Position numbers and translations under genes: made by a program. Of a stretch of 64,000 nucleotides of DNA, positions 8,521 to 16,709 are shown piece after piece. Location of the stretch: the NCBI GenBank assembly GCA_963738945.1, contig CAVTYD010000003.1, positions 130,583-194,582 of the forward strand, given 5' to 3'. How positions within the stretch are numbered: position 1 is the stretch's first letter; each line of letters opens with the position of its first letter. The notes beneath the pieces are model-generated. The model ran no database searches. It had not been told where the DNA came from and saw only the letters and a list, made by a program, of their open reading frames with translations. Origin of the DNA: an uncultured Acidobacteriota bacterium (GTDB taxonomy: Bacteria > Acidobacteriota > Thermoanaerobaculia > UBA5066 > Gp7-AA6).

Positions 8521-11346
8521 TTACGGTTTCACTTCGACGATGATGGGACGCCACATCTTGACCGGGATTCCATTCTTGGTGGCGGCCCGGAATTTCGCGC
8601 TCTTCACCCCGGCGAGGACCGCGTCATTGACGGCGCGCTCCGTCACGCCCTGCTGCAGCCGGGTCTCGGTGGGCAGGCCGTTCTCGTCGACCAGCACCAG
8701 CACGACGACGCGGCCCTCGACTCGCCGCTCCCGCGCGATCGCAGGATAGACGACCCGCGGCGGCGCGACCAGCGTCGGCTCGACGACGCCCGGGCCCGGA
8801 CCGACGAGGTCACCGCGCTGCGTCTCGACCTCCTTCGGCGGAGCCGGTTTGGGCGCTTCGACCGGCGGAGGCTCGGTCGGAATCGCCGTCGGAATCGGAA
8901 CCGCCGTCGGGGGAAGCGTCGGCAGGGCCGTCGGCTCCACGACCTGGGGAGCCGGGACCGCCTGCGCCGGCGCGGGCTCGGCGGCCGCCGGAGCGGCCTT
9001 CGACGCCGCCGCGGTCCGCTCGAGCTCCTTGCGTTTGATCGCGAGCTGACGCTGCACCTCGGCTTCGACGGCCTTCTGATCGACGGCCGGAGGCGCCGCC
9101 GTCGGGACGGGGACCGCCGCGGCCACCAGTGTCGGCGCGGAGGTCGGAAGCGCCGCTACCGGAGTGACGCTCGCCGCCGTCGCCTTGCCGCCGGCCGACG
9201 GCTTCATCATGCGCCAGGCGAGAAACCCGACGAGAGCGACCGCCGCGGCGACCACGAGCGCGATCAACGGAGTGCGGCTGGCCTTTTCGGCTTCCGCCGA
9301 TTTCTCCAGGGAGCCGAAAACCTCGCGCGAGGGCTCCCGCGGCGGCGGCACCGAAGCGGGCGGCGGACTCGGGGGTGCGGCGGCCGGAGGAGGCGGGGGC
9401 GGCGCCGGCTTCGAGACCGACGACGTCTTGCGCGAGACCGGAGCGCCCTTCGACTTGCGCTTGCGGGCCGCCGGTTCGCTTTCTTCGACGGCCTGCGCTG
9501 CCTCGCGGGCTTGCGCTTCCGCGACCGCGCCCTCTTCGGCCTGCAGGCGATGGAGATAGATCGCGACATCCGCGCTGCCGGGAGCGGGCGTGTACGAGTA
9601 GAGGACCGAGTCGAGGTCGCGAAGGAGGTCCGAAGCATTGGCATACCGGTCGTCCGGCTCCTTCGCCAGCGCCTTCAGGACCACCGTGTCGAGGTTCTGG
9701 GGAACCTCGGGGTTGAACCGCGAGGGGGGTGCCACCTCGGCGCTCCGCACCTTTTCGAGGACGTTGATGTCGGTGTCTCCGCCGAACAGCCGTTCCCCGG
9801 TGAGCAGCTCGTGGAGGACGACGCCGAGCGAGAAGAGATCGCTGCGGCGGTCGATGGGCTTTCCCCAGGCCTGCTCGGGCGACATGTACTGGATCTTTCC
9901 CTTCAGCGCGCCCGACTGCGTCTTCGACGCCTTCGACGCCGCCTTGGCGATCCCGAAGTCGCAGAGCTTGATGTCGCCCTCGTACGAGATGAGGATGTTC
10001 TGCGGCGAGACGTCGCGATGGACGATGTTGAGCTCGTGCCCCTCCGCATCGCGCCGCCGGTGCGCGTAGTCGAGGGCCGAGGCGACCTTCGACGCGACGT
10101 AGACGGCCAGAGGAACCGGCAGGGGGATCCCGAGGGCGCGCCCCGATTGCTGGATCGTCTTCAGGTCGCGGCCGTCCACGTACTCCATCGCGATGAAGTA
10201 GCCGCCGGCCTGGATCTTCCCGAGGTCGTAGATGTGGATGATGTTGGGGTGGTTCAGCTGCGCCGCGAGCTTGGCCTCGTCGGCGAACATCGTGACGAAC
10301 GCCTCGTCGTCGGCCAGGTGCGGCAGGATTTTCTTGATCGCGACGATCTTCTGGAACCCTTCGACCCCGGTGCGCTTGGCCTTGTAGAGCTCGGCCATCC
10401 CCCCGGACGCGATCCGCTCGAGGATCTCGTACTGCCCGAACTGGTCCGGCCCCGACGACGACACGGCGGCCGCGGGCTCCTCGCGCCGGCGCGGCGCCGC
10501 GGCCGCCGGCGCCGATGCCGGCGGAGGCGTCACTCCGGCCGGCGGCCTGGGCTTGATCGTGAGACCCGACAGGGTGTCGGAGATCATCCGGTCGACGTCG
10601 GTGTCGGAGGACATCCTCGGGCGAGGCGTCGCCGGCGGAGTCGGGGTCGGCGCAACGATCGGCGGCGGGGTCTTGTCGGACGGGGCGGCCGGGCGGACGG
10701 TGGGCGCCGGCTTCGACGGCATCAGGCCGGAGAGCGTGTCGCGGAGACGCTTGTCCATGTCGCTCTCCGCGTCCGGCCGCGCGGCCGGCGGGGCGGCGGG
10801 CGCCACGGCCGGAGGAGGAGACGGCGCCCGGTCGGCCGACGGCGTCATTCGCTTCTTCGAAGCGTCGGCCGTCAGCTCGTCGAGCAGGTCCGAGAAGATG
10901 TCGGAGGAGGTCAGTGGCGACGGCGCGGCGGCCGCCTGGGCCGTCTCGATGCGCATCGTCTTGGCGCCGACGTCGGTCGCGTCGATCGCCTCCCGGACCG
11001 AGCCCATGAAATCCTCGTCGGAGAACGGGCGCTGGAGGATGTCGAACGCGCCCACCTTCTGGGCATCCGCCTTGCGGTTGGAGCCACGGTAACCGGTCAT
11101 CATCAGGATGATCGGCGGAGCGGTCGCGCCCCCCTTCTTGCGGATCTCCCGGATGACCTCGGCGCTGGGCAGGCGCGGGAGCATGCCGGAGAGAAGGATC
11201 AGGTCGAAACGGGAGGCGCCGAAGGTCTGGATCCCCGCCTCGCCGTCGTGGGCCTCGGTGATCGTGTAGCCGAGCGGCGTCAACAGAGTCCGAGTCCGCT
11301 CGATGTAGCGCGGCTCGTACTCGATCAAAAGAACCTTCTTGGGCAT
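8521..11346 (-). CDS. multidomain signalling protein: N-terminal receiver (REC) + Ser/Thr protein kinase + TM helix + C-terminal TonB_C domain
   Basis: Intact 941-aa ORF. REC: KKVLLIEYE...DLILLSGMLP...GAFDILQRPF. Kinase: VAIKKI, HRDVSPQNIL, DFGIAKA, YMSPEQ. TM: LIALVVAAAVALVGFLAW. Pro-rich linkers. C-terminus VYPAIARERRVEGRVVVLVLVDENGLPTETRL...KFRAATKNGIPVKMW matches the TonB C-terminal fold pattern. Confidence 0.9.
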   Translation of the reverse strand: MPKKVLLIEYEPRYIERTRTLLTPLGYTITEAHDGEAGIQTFGASRFDLILLSGMLPRLPSAEVIREIRKKGGATAPPIILMMTGYRGSNRKADAQKVGAFDILQRPFSDEDFMGSVREAIDATDVGAKTMRIETAQAAAAPSPLTSSDIFSDLLDELTADASKKRMTPSADRAPSPPPAVAPAAPPAARPDAESDMDKRLRDTLSGLMPSKPAPTVRPAAPSDKTPPPIVAPTPTPPATPRPRMSSDTDVDRMISDTLSGLTIKPRPPAGVTPPPASAPAAAAPRRREEPAAAVSSSGPDQFGQYEILERIASGGMAELYKAKRTGVEGFQKIVAIKKILPHLADDEAFVTMFADEAKLAAQLNHPNIIHIYDLGKIQAGGYFIAMEYVDGRDLKTIQQSGRALGIPLPVPLAVYVASKVASALDYAHRRRDAEGHELNIVHRDVSPQNILISYEGDIKLCDFGIAKAASKASKTQSGALKGKIQYMSPEQAWGKPIDRRSDLFSLGVVLHELLTGERLFGGDTDINVLEKVRSAEVAPPSRFNPEVPQNLDTVVLKALAKEPDDRYANASDLLRDLDSVLYSYTPAPGSADVAIYLHRLQAEEGAVAEAQAREAAQAVEESEPAARKRKSKGAPVSRKTSSVSKPAPPPPPPAAAPPSPPPASVPPPREPSREVFGSLEKSAEAEKASRTPLIALVVAAAVALVGFLAWRMMKPSAGGKATAASVTPVAALPTSAPTLVAAAVPVPTAAPPAVDQKAVEAEVQRQLAIKRKELERTAAASKAAPAAAEPAPAQAVPAPQVVEPTALPTLPPTAVPIPTAIPTEPPPVEAPKPAPPKEVETQRGDLVGPGPGVVEPTLVAPPRVVYPAIARERRVEGRVVVLVLVDENGLPTETRLQQGVTERAVNDAVLAGVKSAKFRAATKNGIPVKMWRPIIVEVKP

Positions 11347-11440
11347 GAACTGGACCTATTGTCGCTGGAAATGCCCGGAAATCAAGGAGAAGCGAGAGTC
11401 GGACCGCTCCTCATATAATCCCCGCCCTTAGGAGACGCAC

Positions 11441-12181
11441 ATGTCCGGCCACAGCAAATGGAGCACGATCAAGCACAAGAAAGGCGCCGCCGACGCCAAG
11501 CGCGGGCGCCTGTTCACGAAGCTGATCCGCGAGATCACGATGTCCGCCAAGCAGGGCGGCGGGGCACCGGAATCGAATCCGCGCCTGCGCAAGGCGATCG
11601 ACGACGCGAAGGCGGTCAACATGCCCGCCGACAACATCAAGCGGGCGGTCCAGCGCGGGACGGGGGAATTGCCCGGCGTCTCCTACGAAGAGGTGACGTA
11701 CGAGGGCTACGGCCCGGGCGGAACGGCCGTGCTGATCGAGGCGCTGACGGACAACAAGAACCGGACGCTGCCCGAGATCCGGACGATCTTCTCCAAGCAC
11801 GGGGGCAACCTCGGCGAGTCGGGATCGGTCAAGTTTCTCTTTCAGAAGAAGGGTTACATCGCGATCGAAAAGGACAAGGTGAGCGAGGACGCCATGATGG
11901 AAGCCGCGATCGAGGCCGGCGCCGACGACGTCCAGACCTCCGACCAGTACCACGAGATCCAGACCGCTCCCGAGTCCTTCGAGGACGTCCGGAAGCAGCT
12001 CGAAGGCAAGGGCCTCGCGCTCGCCGTAGCGGAGATCTCCATGATTCCGACGACCGAGGTCGTGCTCGACGCGCGCAAGGCGGACCAGATGGTCAAGCTC
12101 ATGGAAGCGATCGAGGACCACGACGACGTCCAGCACGTCTGGGCCAACTTCGATTTCGCCGAGGCTCCTGCCGAGAGGTGA
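11441..12181 (+). CDS. yebC: YebC/PmpR-family transcriptional regulator
   Basis: 246 aa, starting MSGHSKWSTIKHKKGAADAKRG, the family signature. AGGAG SD lies 7 nt upstream. Confidence 0.95.
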   Translation: MSGHSKWSTIKHKKGAADAKRGRLFTKLIREITMSAKQGGGAPESNPRLRKAIDDAKAVNMPADNIKRAVQRGTGELPGVSYEEVTYEGYGPGGTAVLIEALTDNKNRTLPEIRTIFSKHGGNLGESGSVKFLFQKKGYIAIEKDKVSEDAMMEAAIEAGADDVQTSDQYHEIQTAPESFEDVRKQLEGKGLALAVAEISMIPTTEVVLDARKADQMVKLMEAIEDHDDVQHVWANFDFAEAPAER

Positions 12182-12182
12182 G

Positions 12183-12674
12183 GTGAAAATCCTCGGCCTC
12201 GATCCGGGAACGACCGCCACCGGATTCGGGATCGTGGCCTTCGCCGACGGACGGCTCACCCTCGAGGGCTGCGGCGTGTGGCGTCCTCCGGCGCGCCTCG
12301 AGTTCGCCGGCCGACTCGACTTTCTGGGCGGGGCCCTCCAGGAGCTGATCGCGGCGGAGTGCCCGGCGGTCGTCTCCGTCGAAACCGTCTTCGCCGCCCG
12401 AAACATCTCTTCGGCGCTCAAGCTCGCCCATGCCCGGGGCGTCCTGCTCGCGGCCGCCGCGCGGGCCTCTCTGCCCGTTTTCGAATACGAGCCGAGGCTC
12501 GTCAAGAAGGCCCTGGTGGGCTACGGTCAAGCCGAGAAGGAACAGGTCCGGGCCATGGTCCTGTCCCTCCTCGCCCGGCAGCGGGCCCGGATTCCCCTCG
12601 ATGCGGCGGACGCGCTGGCCGTGGCGATCTGCCACATCCACTCGTCGCCTCCGCTCCCTCGGGGGCCTGGCTAA
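12183..12674 (+). CDS. ruvC: crossover junction endodeoxyribonuclease RuvC
   Basis: 163 aa with GTG start 1 nt after the yebC stop. ILGLDPGTTATGFG catalytic motif. yebC-ruvC order is conserved in many bacteria. Confidence 0.95.
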   Translation: MKILGLDPGTTATGFGIVAFADGRLTLEGCGVWRPPARLEFAGRLDFLGGALQELIAAECPAVVSVETVFAARNISSALKLAHARGVLLAAAARASLPVFEYEPRLVKKALVGYGQAEKEQVRAMVLSLLARQRARIPLDAADALAVAICHIHSSPPLPRGPG

Positions 12675-12681
12675 CGCCACC

Positions 12682-12718
12682 GGCCCGCGGCTCGCCCAAA
12701 GGGGCTCGACCGCGGGCC
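12682..12718 (+). terminator. GC-rich hairpin just after ruvC (possible factor-independent terminator, no T-tract)
   Basis: Perfect 9-bp inverted repeat, GGCCCGCGG (12682-12690) with CCGCGGGCC (12710-12718), 8 nt after the ruvC stop. Confidence 0.35.
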
Positions 12719-12974
12719 TGGCCCCCTCGCTCGCTCCGGCTCCCGCCACGCGAGTCGTTTCGCTCGCCCGAGCTCGCGAAACTTGGTCGCGCGGCGAGCC
12801 AATAAGTCATACGGTTCCTAAGATCTGCGGCAACTCCGACGGTGCTCGCGGCGTGAGTAGTCTCCCGAGCAAAGCGAGGGAGGAGGCTCACGCCGCGGGA
12901 GCCGAAGCGCGGTGAGGAGTCAGCCGGGCGGTCGAGCCCGCATCCGGGCGAGCCGCCCGGCGGTGCGCGCCGTC

Positions 12975-13010
12975 GAGGCGCGCAGACTCCGAACGAAGCG
13001 GAGGCGACGG
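12975..13010 (+). repeat. 36-nt two-hairpin element, copy A (includes the SD of the downstream gene)
   Basis: gaggcgcgcagactccgaacgaagcggaggcgacgg is 34/36 identical to the reverse complement of 61438..61473. The CTCCG/CGGAG stem overlaps the GGAGG SD. An adjacent CGCGCC/GGCGCG stem covaries with copy B. Confidence 0.7.
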
Positions 13011-13924
13011 TGGGTGCTAGCATTCGGAAACCTATGTCCTTTCAGGGTTCCATCTCGGAGCTGCCGGTTCCGGACATCATCCAGCTCGTTTCGGTCTCCG
13101 GAAAGACCGGGATGTTCCTGCTGATGCGGGGGTCCGAGCGCGGCTCGATTTACCTCCAAAACGGCCGGATCGTGCATGCCGAGCTCGGGTCGCTCGGCGG
13201 CGAGGAGGCCGTTTATGCGCTGGCGATCTGGTCCACCGGCGACTTCCAGTTCACGCCCGGCAAGGAGAGCGAAAAGACCACGATCGACAAGACGAATACG
13301 TCGCTCTTGATGGAAGCGGCACGGCGTCTGGACGAATGGAAGGTGCTCGCGCGAAAAATCCCGGGCGTCGACTTCATTCCGGTTCTGAAGCCCCGCGACC
13401 TCGGCGAGCCCGTCACGCTCTCTCCCCCGGAGTGGAACCTGATCATTCGCATCGACGGCCGGAAGTCGGTCGAGGAGCTCGCGCGCTCGGCGAGCTCGAA
13501 CTCCTTCGAAACGGCGAAAGTGCTCTATGGACTCGTGACCTCCGACCTGGTCGACATGCGTCCCAACTCCGCAGCCCGGAGCGGCGCGACCGCGCCGGCG
13601 CCGGCCCCGGCACCTCCGTCCGCAGAGACGGCGGTCCCGCGCCCCGCTCCAGCGGCGCCCGTCCTCGGCGACGAGAAGAAGATTCTGATGATTCTCTGCA
13701 CGCGCGTGAAGCAGGAAGCCGAAGGCGCGATCGGCGAAGCGAACCTGCCGGGGATCGATCGACCGTACAAGCAGGCGCTGGCCGAGATCGACCGCGGCCG
13801 GGGCGTGGAGGCCGTCCGCGACCTGATCCGCCAGACGGAGAAGGCGATTGCCTCGATCCGCGGCCCCGCGATCATGCGAGCCTTCCAGGAAAAGATGTCA
13901 CTGGTGATGCAGCCCAAGGTATAG
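13010..13924 (+). CDS. DUF4388 (PatA-N-like) domain protein
   Basis: 304-aa ORF. GTG 13010 is preceded by GGAGG at 6-nt spacing; alternative ATG at 13034. DUF4388-like N-terminus: LPVPDIIQLVSVSGKTGMFLL...GSIYLQNGRIVHAE...GEEAVYALAIWSTGDFQF. Pro/Ala linker and a helical C-terminus. Confidence 0.8.
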   Translation: MGASIRKPMSFQGSISELPVPDIIQLVSVSGKTGMFLLMRGSERGSIYLQNGRIVHAELGSLGGEEAVYALAIWSTGDFQFTPGKESEKTTIDKTNTSLLMEAARRLDEWKVLARKIPGVDFIPVLKPRDLGEPVTLSPPEWNLIIRIDGRKSVEELARSASSNSFETAKVLYGLVTSDLVDMRPNSAARSGATAPAPAPAPPSAETAVPRPAPAAPVLGDEKKILMILCTRVKQEAEGAIGEANLPGIDRPYKQALAEIDRGRGVEAVRDLIRQTEKAIASIRGPAIMRAFQEKMSLVMQPKV

Positions 13925-14000
13925 CCGCTCGATTCGCCCTTCCGATCAGCGCCCGAAGACCCTGTCCGGAAGGACACCCCCCTGACCTAGCAGAAGATGT

Positions 14001-14029
14001 TTGGCAATTAGGCCCTTTTGTCTTATTCT
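14001..14029 (+). promoter_or_regulatory. sigma70-like promoter candidate for the OmpA-family gene
   Basis: TTGGCA (14001-14006), 17-nt spacer, TATTCT (14024-14029). It sits in a locally AT-rich island about 50 nt upstream of the AAGGAG SD and ATG 14081. Confidence 0.45.
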
Positions 14030-14080
14030 ATTCGGCATAAAGGACCCCGCTTCAGTCCGGGCTCGAAAGGAGACACTCGC

Positions 14081-15460
14081 ATGATGTCCAAGCGGACCGC
14101 GCTCCTCGGGATGCTGCTCGCCCTGACCGGCGCTTTCGCCTTCGGGCAGCCCGCCGTGATCGCCCCGACGACGGGGGGCGACATCGGCCTCCTGACGATG
14201 CCCACGGCCGACTCGCCCCGGGCGGGCCAGTTCACCTTCGGCGCGTACGGCTGGTATGCGCCGCGATACGCCGCCGAGTCCTTCGACGGTCAGCCGAACA
14301 ACACGCGGTGGTTCGTGCAGTACGGCGCGACCGGCTCCATGAGCCTCGGTCTGACCAACTGGTGGTCCGTCTTCGTCGCGGGCGGCGGCCATGTCACGCA
14401 GACGGGCGGCGACTGGCAGGGGGGCATCATCAACGGCAATTCGATCCCCGGCCACCTTCGCCTCTCCGAGGGTGACAAGATCCGCCTCGGGACCAAGATC
14501 AGCTTCCATTCCGAGGACGATCCGGACCTGCGCTTCGGCGTCTGGCTGGCCGGGCTCATTCCGGTGACCTCCGCGGACATCACCGACTCCAACGGCACCC
14601 TCCAGCGCATCAACACGAGTCGGGGCGACTGGGAATGGGGCGGCGCCGTCACCAAGGGGTGGCTCACGGGCATCGTGTCGTATCAGCTCTCCGGCCAGCC
14701 CACCGAGGTGGACGTGCGCGTGCCGAACATCCTGCGGTTCGGCGTCGGCGCCGAGATCCCGGTTCTCCCGATCCTGCACATCCTCCTCGAAGGCTGGTAC
14801 AACGTCTACGACGGGGGCGACTTCCCCGAGCCCAACTACGGCGCGCTCAACGCCGGCGCCCGCTTCTGGATCGGGCACACCGGCTGGGCGGTTTCCGGCG
14901 CGCTCTCGACCAACCTGAGCATGCTGTTCGACCACGGCATCAACCCGAACCCGTTCGGCGGCGTCGTCGGGATCTCGTACGCCGCATGGCCTCCGGCGCC
15001 TCCTCCGCCGGTGGTCGTTCCGGCCGCCGCCGAGCCGATCGTCGAGCAGCCCGTGCCGGCTCCGGCCACCGTGGCTCCCGCTCCGCAGCCTCCCCCGCGA
15101 CCGGCGCCGCGGACCACGTCCGACGAGATCTTTTTCGACGGCAAGAGCGCCCGCCTGACCAACATCGCCAAGGCCGTCCTGGACGGCGTGGCCCTGCGCA
15201 TGAAGAACGACCTCAACGCGACGGCCGTCGTGACCGGATATACCGACAACACCGGGACCGACAAGGCCAACGAAGAGCTCGGCATGAAACGGGCGCAGGC
15301 GGCCAAGGAGTACCTCGTGACGCGGCACGGCATCGATCCGGGCCGGATCACGGCCGCCTCCAGGGGATCCTCAGAGCCGGCGTACGACAACTCCACGGCA
15401 GAGGGCAAGACGAAGAACCGCCGGGCCCAGATTGTGGTTACACTCGTATCGGGAACGTGA
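14081..15460 (+). CDS. OmpA-family outer-membrane protein (N-terminal beta-barrel-like region + OmpA_C peptidoglycan-binding domain)
   Basis: ORF 14018..15460, with the start taken at ATG 14081 (AAGGAG SD; signal peptide MMSKRTALLGMLLALTGAFAFG). Pro-rich hinge (PPAPPPPVVVPAAAEP). OmpA_C motifs TGYTDNTGTDKANEELGMKRA and NRRAQIVV. Confidence 0.9.
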   Translation: MMSKRTALLGMLLALTGAFAFGQPAVIAPTTGGDIGLLTMPTADSPRAGQFTFGAYGWYAPRYAAESFDGQPNNTRWFVQYGATGSMSLGLTNWWSVFVAGGGHVTQTGGDWQGGIINGNSIPGHLRLSEGDKIRLGTKISFHSEDDPDLRFGVWLAGLIPVTSADITDSNGTLQRINTSRGDWEWGGAVTKGWLTGIVSYQLSGQPTEVDVRVPNILRFGVGAEIPVLPILHILLEGWYNVYDGGDFPEPNYGALNAGARFWIGHTGWAVSGALSTNLSMLFDHGINPNPFGGVVGISYAAWPPAPPPPVVVPAAAEPIVEQPVPAPATVAPAPQPPPRPAPRTTSDEIFFDGKSARLTNIAKAVLDGVALRMKNDLNATAVVTGYTDNTGTDKANEELGMKRAQAAKEYLVTRHGIDPGRITAASRGSSEPAYDNSTAEGKTKNRRAQIVVTLVSGT

Positions 15461-15489
15461 GAGGGATCTCGCCACAACGCTTCTTCGAA

Positions 15490-15514
15490 CCCCCTCCCCG
15501 CGAGGGGGTTTTTT
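15490..15514 (+). terminator. rho-independent terminator of the OmpA-family gene
   Basis: CCCCCTC (15490-96), loop cccgc, GAGGGGG (15502-08), followed by TTTTTT (15509-14). Confidence 0.7.
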
Positions 15515-16643
15515 GACTCCGGCCGGCGAAGCCGAGGTTCCGCACAGCCCTCCCCCGCGGGTCGTCGGGCTGACGGTCATCTCGCTCGCCGCCGTCGTCG
15601 GGCTGCTCTACTACGGCCGCCCGCTCCTCGTTCCGATCGCGTTCGCTCTCTTCCTGTCCTTCGCCCTGCGCCCCTTCGTTTCTCTGCTCGAGCGGGCGGG
15701 CGTGCCCCGGGTTCTCGCGATTCTCCTGATCCTCTTCGTCATCGTCGGCGGCGTGGCGCTGCTCGTCATCAACGTGACGGCGCAGCTGAACCAGTTTTTC
15801 GCGGCGCTGCCCCGCTACCAGGCCCGGATCCGCGACCTCGTGAGCCACGTCATGGCCTTCGTCAACCGGCTCCGCGAAAGGATGGGCTCGATCCTTCCCG
15901 AGGATTCCCGCGGCGTGCGCGAGGTCAAGCTCACCGAGTCGCAGCTCGACACGACGCGCGCCGTCTTCACCCAGCTCGGCGAGACGCTCGGCGTCATCCT
16001 CTATGCCGCCTCCATCCCGTTCCTGACGTTCTTCATGCTGAAGGACCGCGAGAAGTTCAACCGCGTGCTCGCGGGGATCTTCACGCGCAACGAGAGGCTC
16101 GGAGAGGCGGACGTCACCGGAGCGATCTCGCGGACGATGACGGCCTACGCCACGGGCCTGACCTTCGTGATGCTCATCATGGCCGGCATGACGACGCTCG
16201 CACTGATGGCCCTGCGGATCGACTACTACTACGTGCTCGGGCCGGTCGCGGGAATCGCCATCCTGCTCCCCTACGTGGGCGTGATCCTCTCGACGCTGCC
16301 GGCGGTCGCCGTCGCGTACTTCCAGTACGACGGCGAAAAGGCGCTGCTCGTCCTGCTCGTCTACAGCCTCCTCCAGTTTCTCGAGGGCAACGTGCTGACG
16401 CCCTTCATCGTCGGCGGCAAGGTTCGGCTCTTCCCCCTGACGGTGATGGTCGCGTTCATCTTCTGGGGGACGCTGTGGGGCATTCCGGGAGCGGTGCTGG
16501 CCGTGCCCCTGACCTCGGCCATCAAGGTCGTCTGCGAGCACGTGCGCGGATGGGAGGGCCTCGCGCGCCTGCTCGGCGAGCCGGACCTGCCGCACTACCG
16601 AAAGCGAAAGCCCACCCCCGAGCACATGGCCGAAGCGGGCTGA
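15513..16643 (+). CDS. AI-2E family transporter (PerM/UPF0118)
   Basis: ORF 15432..16643. Multi-TM sequence typical of AI-2E: LLYYGRPLLVPIAFALFLSFAL...LQFLEGNVLTPFIVG...WGTLWGIPGAVLAVPLT. The start is uncertain: TTG 15513 is the only in-frame start candidate downstream of the terminator. Confidence 0.8.
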   Translation: MTPAGEAEVPHSPPPRVVGLTVISLAAVVGLLYYGRPLLVPIAFALFLSFALRPFVSLLERAGVPRVLAILLILFVIVGGVALLVINVTAQLNQFFAALPRYQARIRDLVSHVMAFVNRLRERMGSILPEDSRGVREVKLTESQLDTTRAVFTQLGETLGVILYAASIPFLTFFMLKDREKFNRVLAGIFTRNERLGEADVTGAISRTMTAYATGLTFVMLIMAGMTTLALMALRIDYYYVLGPVAGIAILLPYVGVILSTLPAVAVAYFQYDGEKALLVLLVYSLLQFLEGNVLTPFIVGGKVRLFPLTVMVAFIFWGTLWGIPGAVLAVPLTSAIKVVCEHVRGWEGLARLLGEPDLPHYRKRKPTPEHMAEAG

Positions 16644-16644
16644 C

Positions 16645-16675
16645 GCCCGCGCGAACCGGGGGTTGGCGCGCGGGC
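16645..16675 (+). terminator. strong GC hairpin after the AI-2E gene (possible terminator, no T-tract)
   Basis: GCCCGCGCGAACC / GGTT(gg)CGCGCGGGC: a 13-bp stem with a 2-nt bulge, starting 2 nt after the stop. Confidence 0.4.
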
Positions 16676-16709
16676 CGCGGTCCCGCAGAATGGCGCACGG
16701 AGGTTCGCC

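Noticed and set aside
12675-13009. A tRNA, tmRNA or other known RNA gene in the larger gaps (12675-13009, 35763-35963, 61437-61566, 34742-34880, 39079-39198).
   Set aside because: I found no GGTTCGAATCC-like T-loop, cloverleaf or recognisable conserved RNA core by eye. This is not a substitute for tRNAscan-SE or Infernal.
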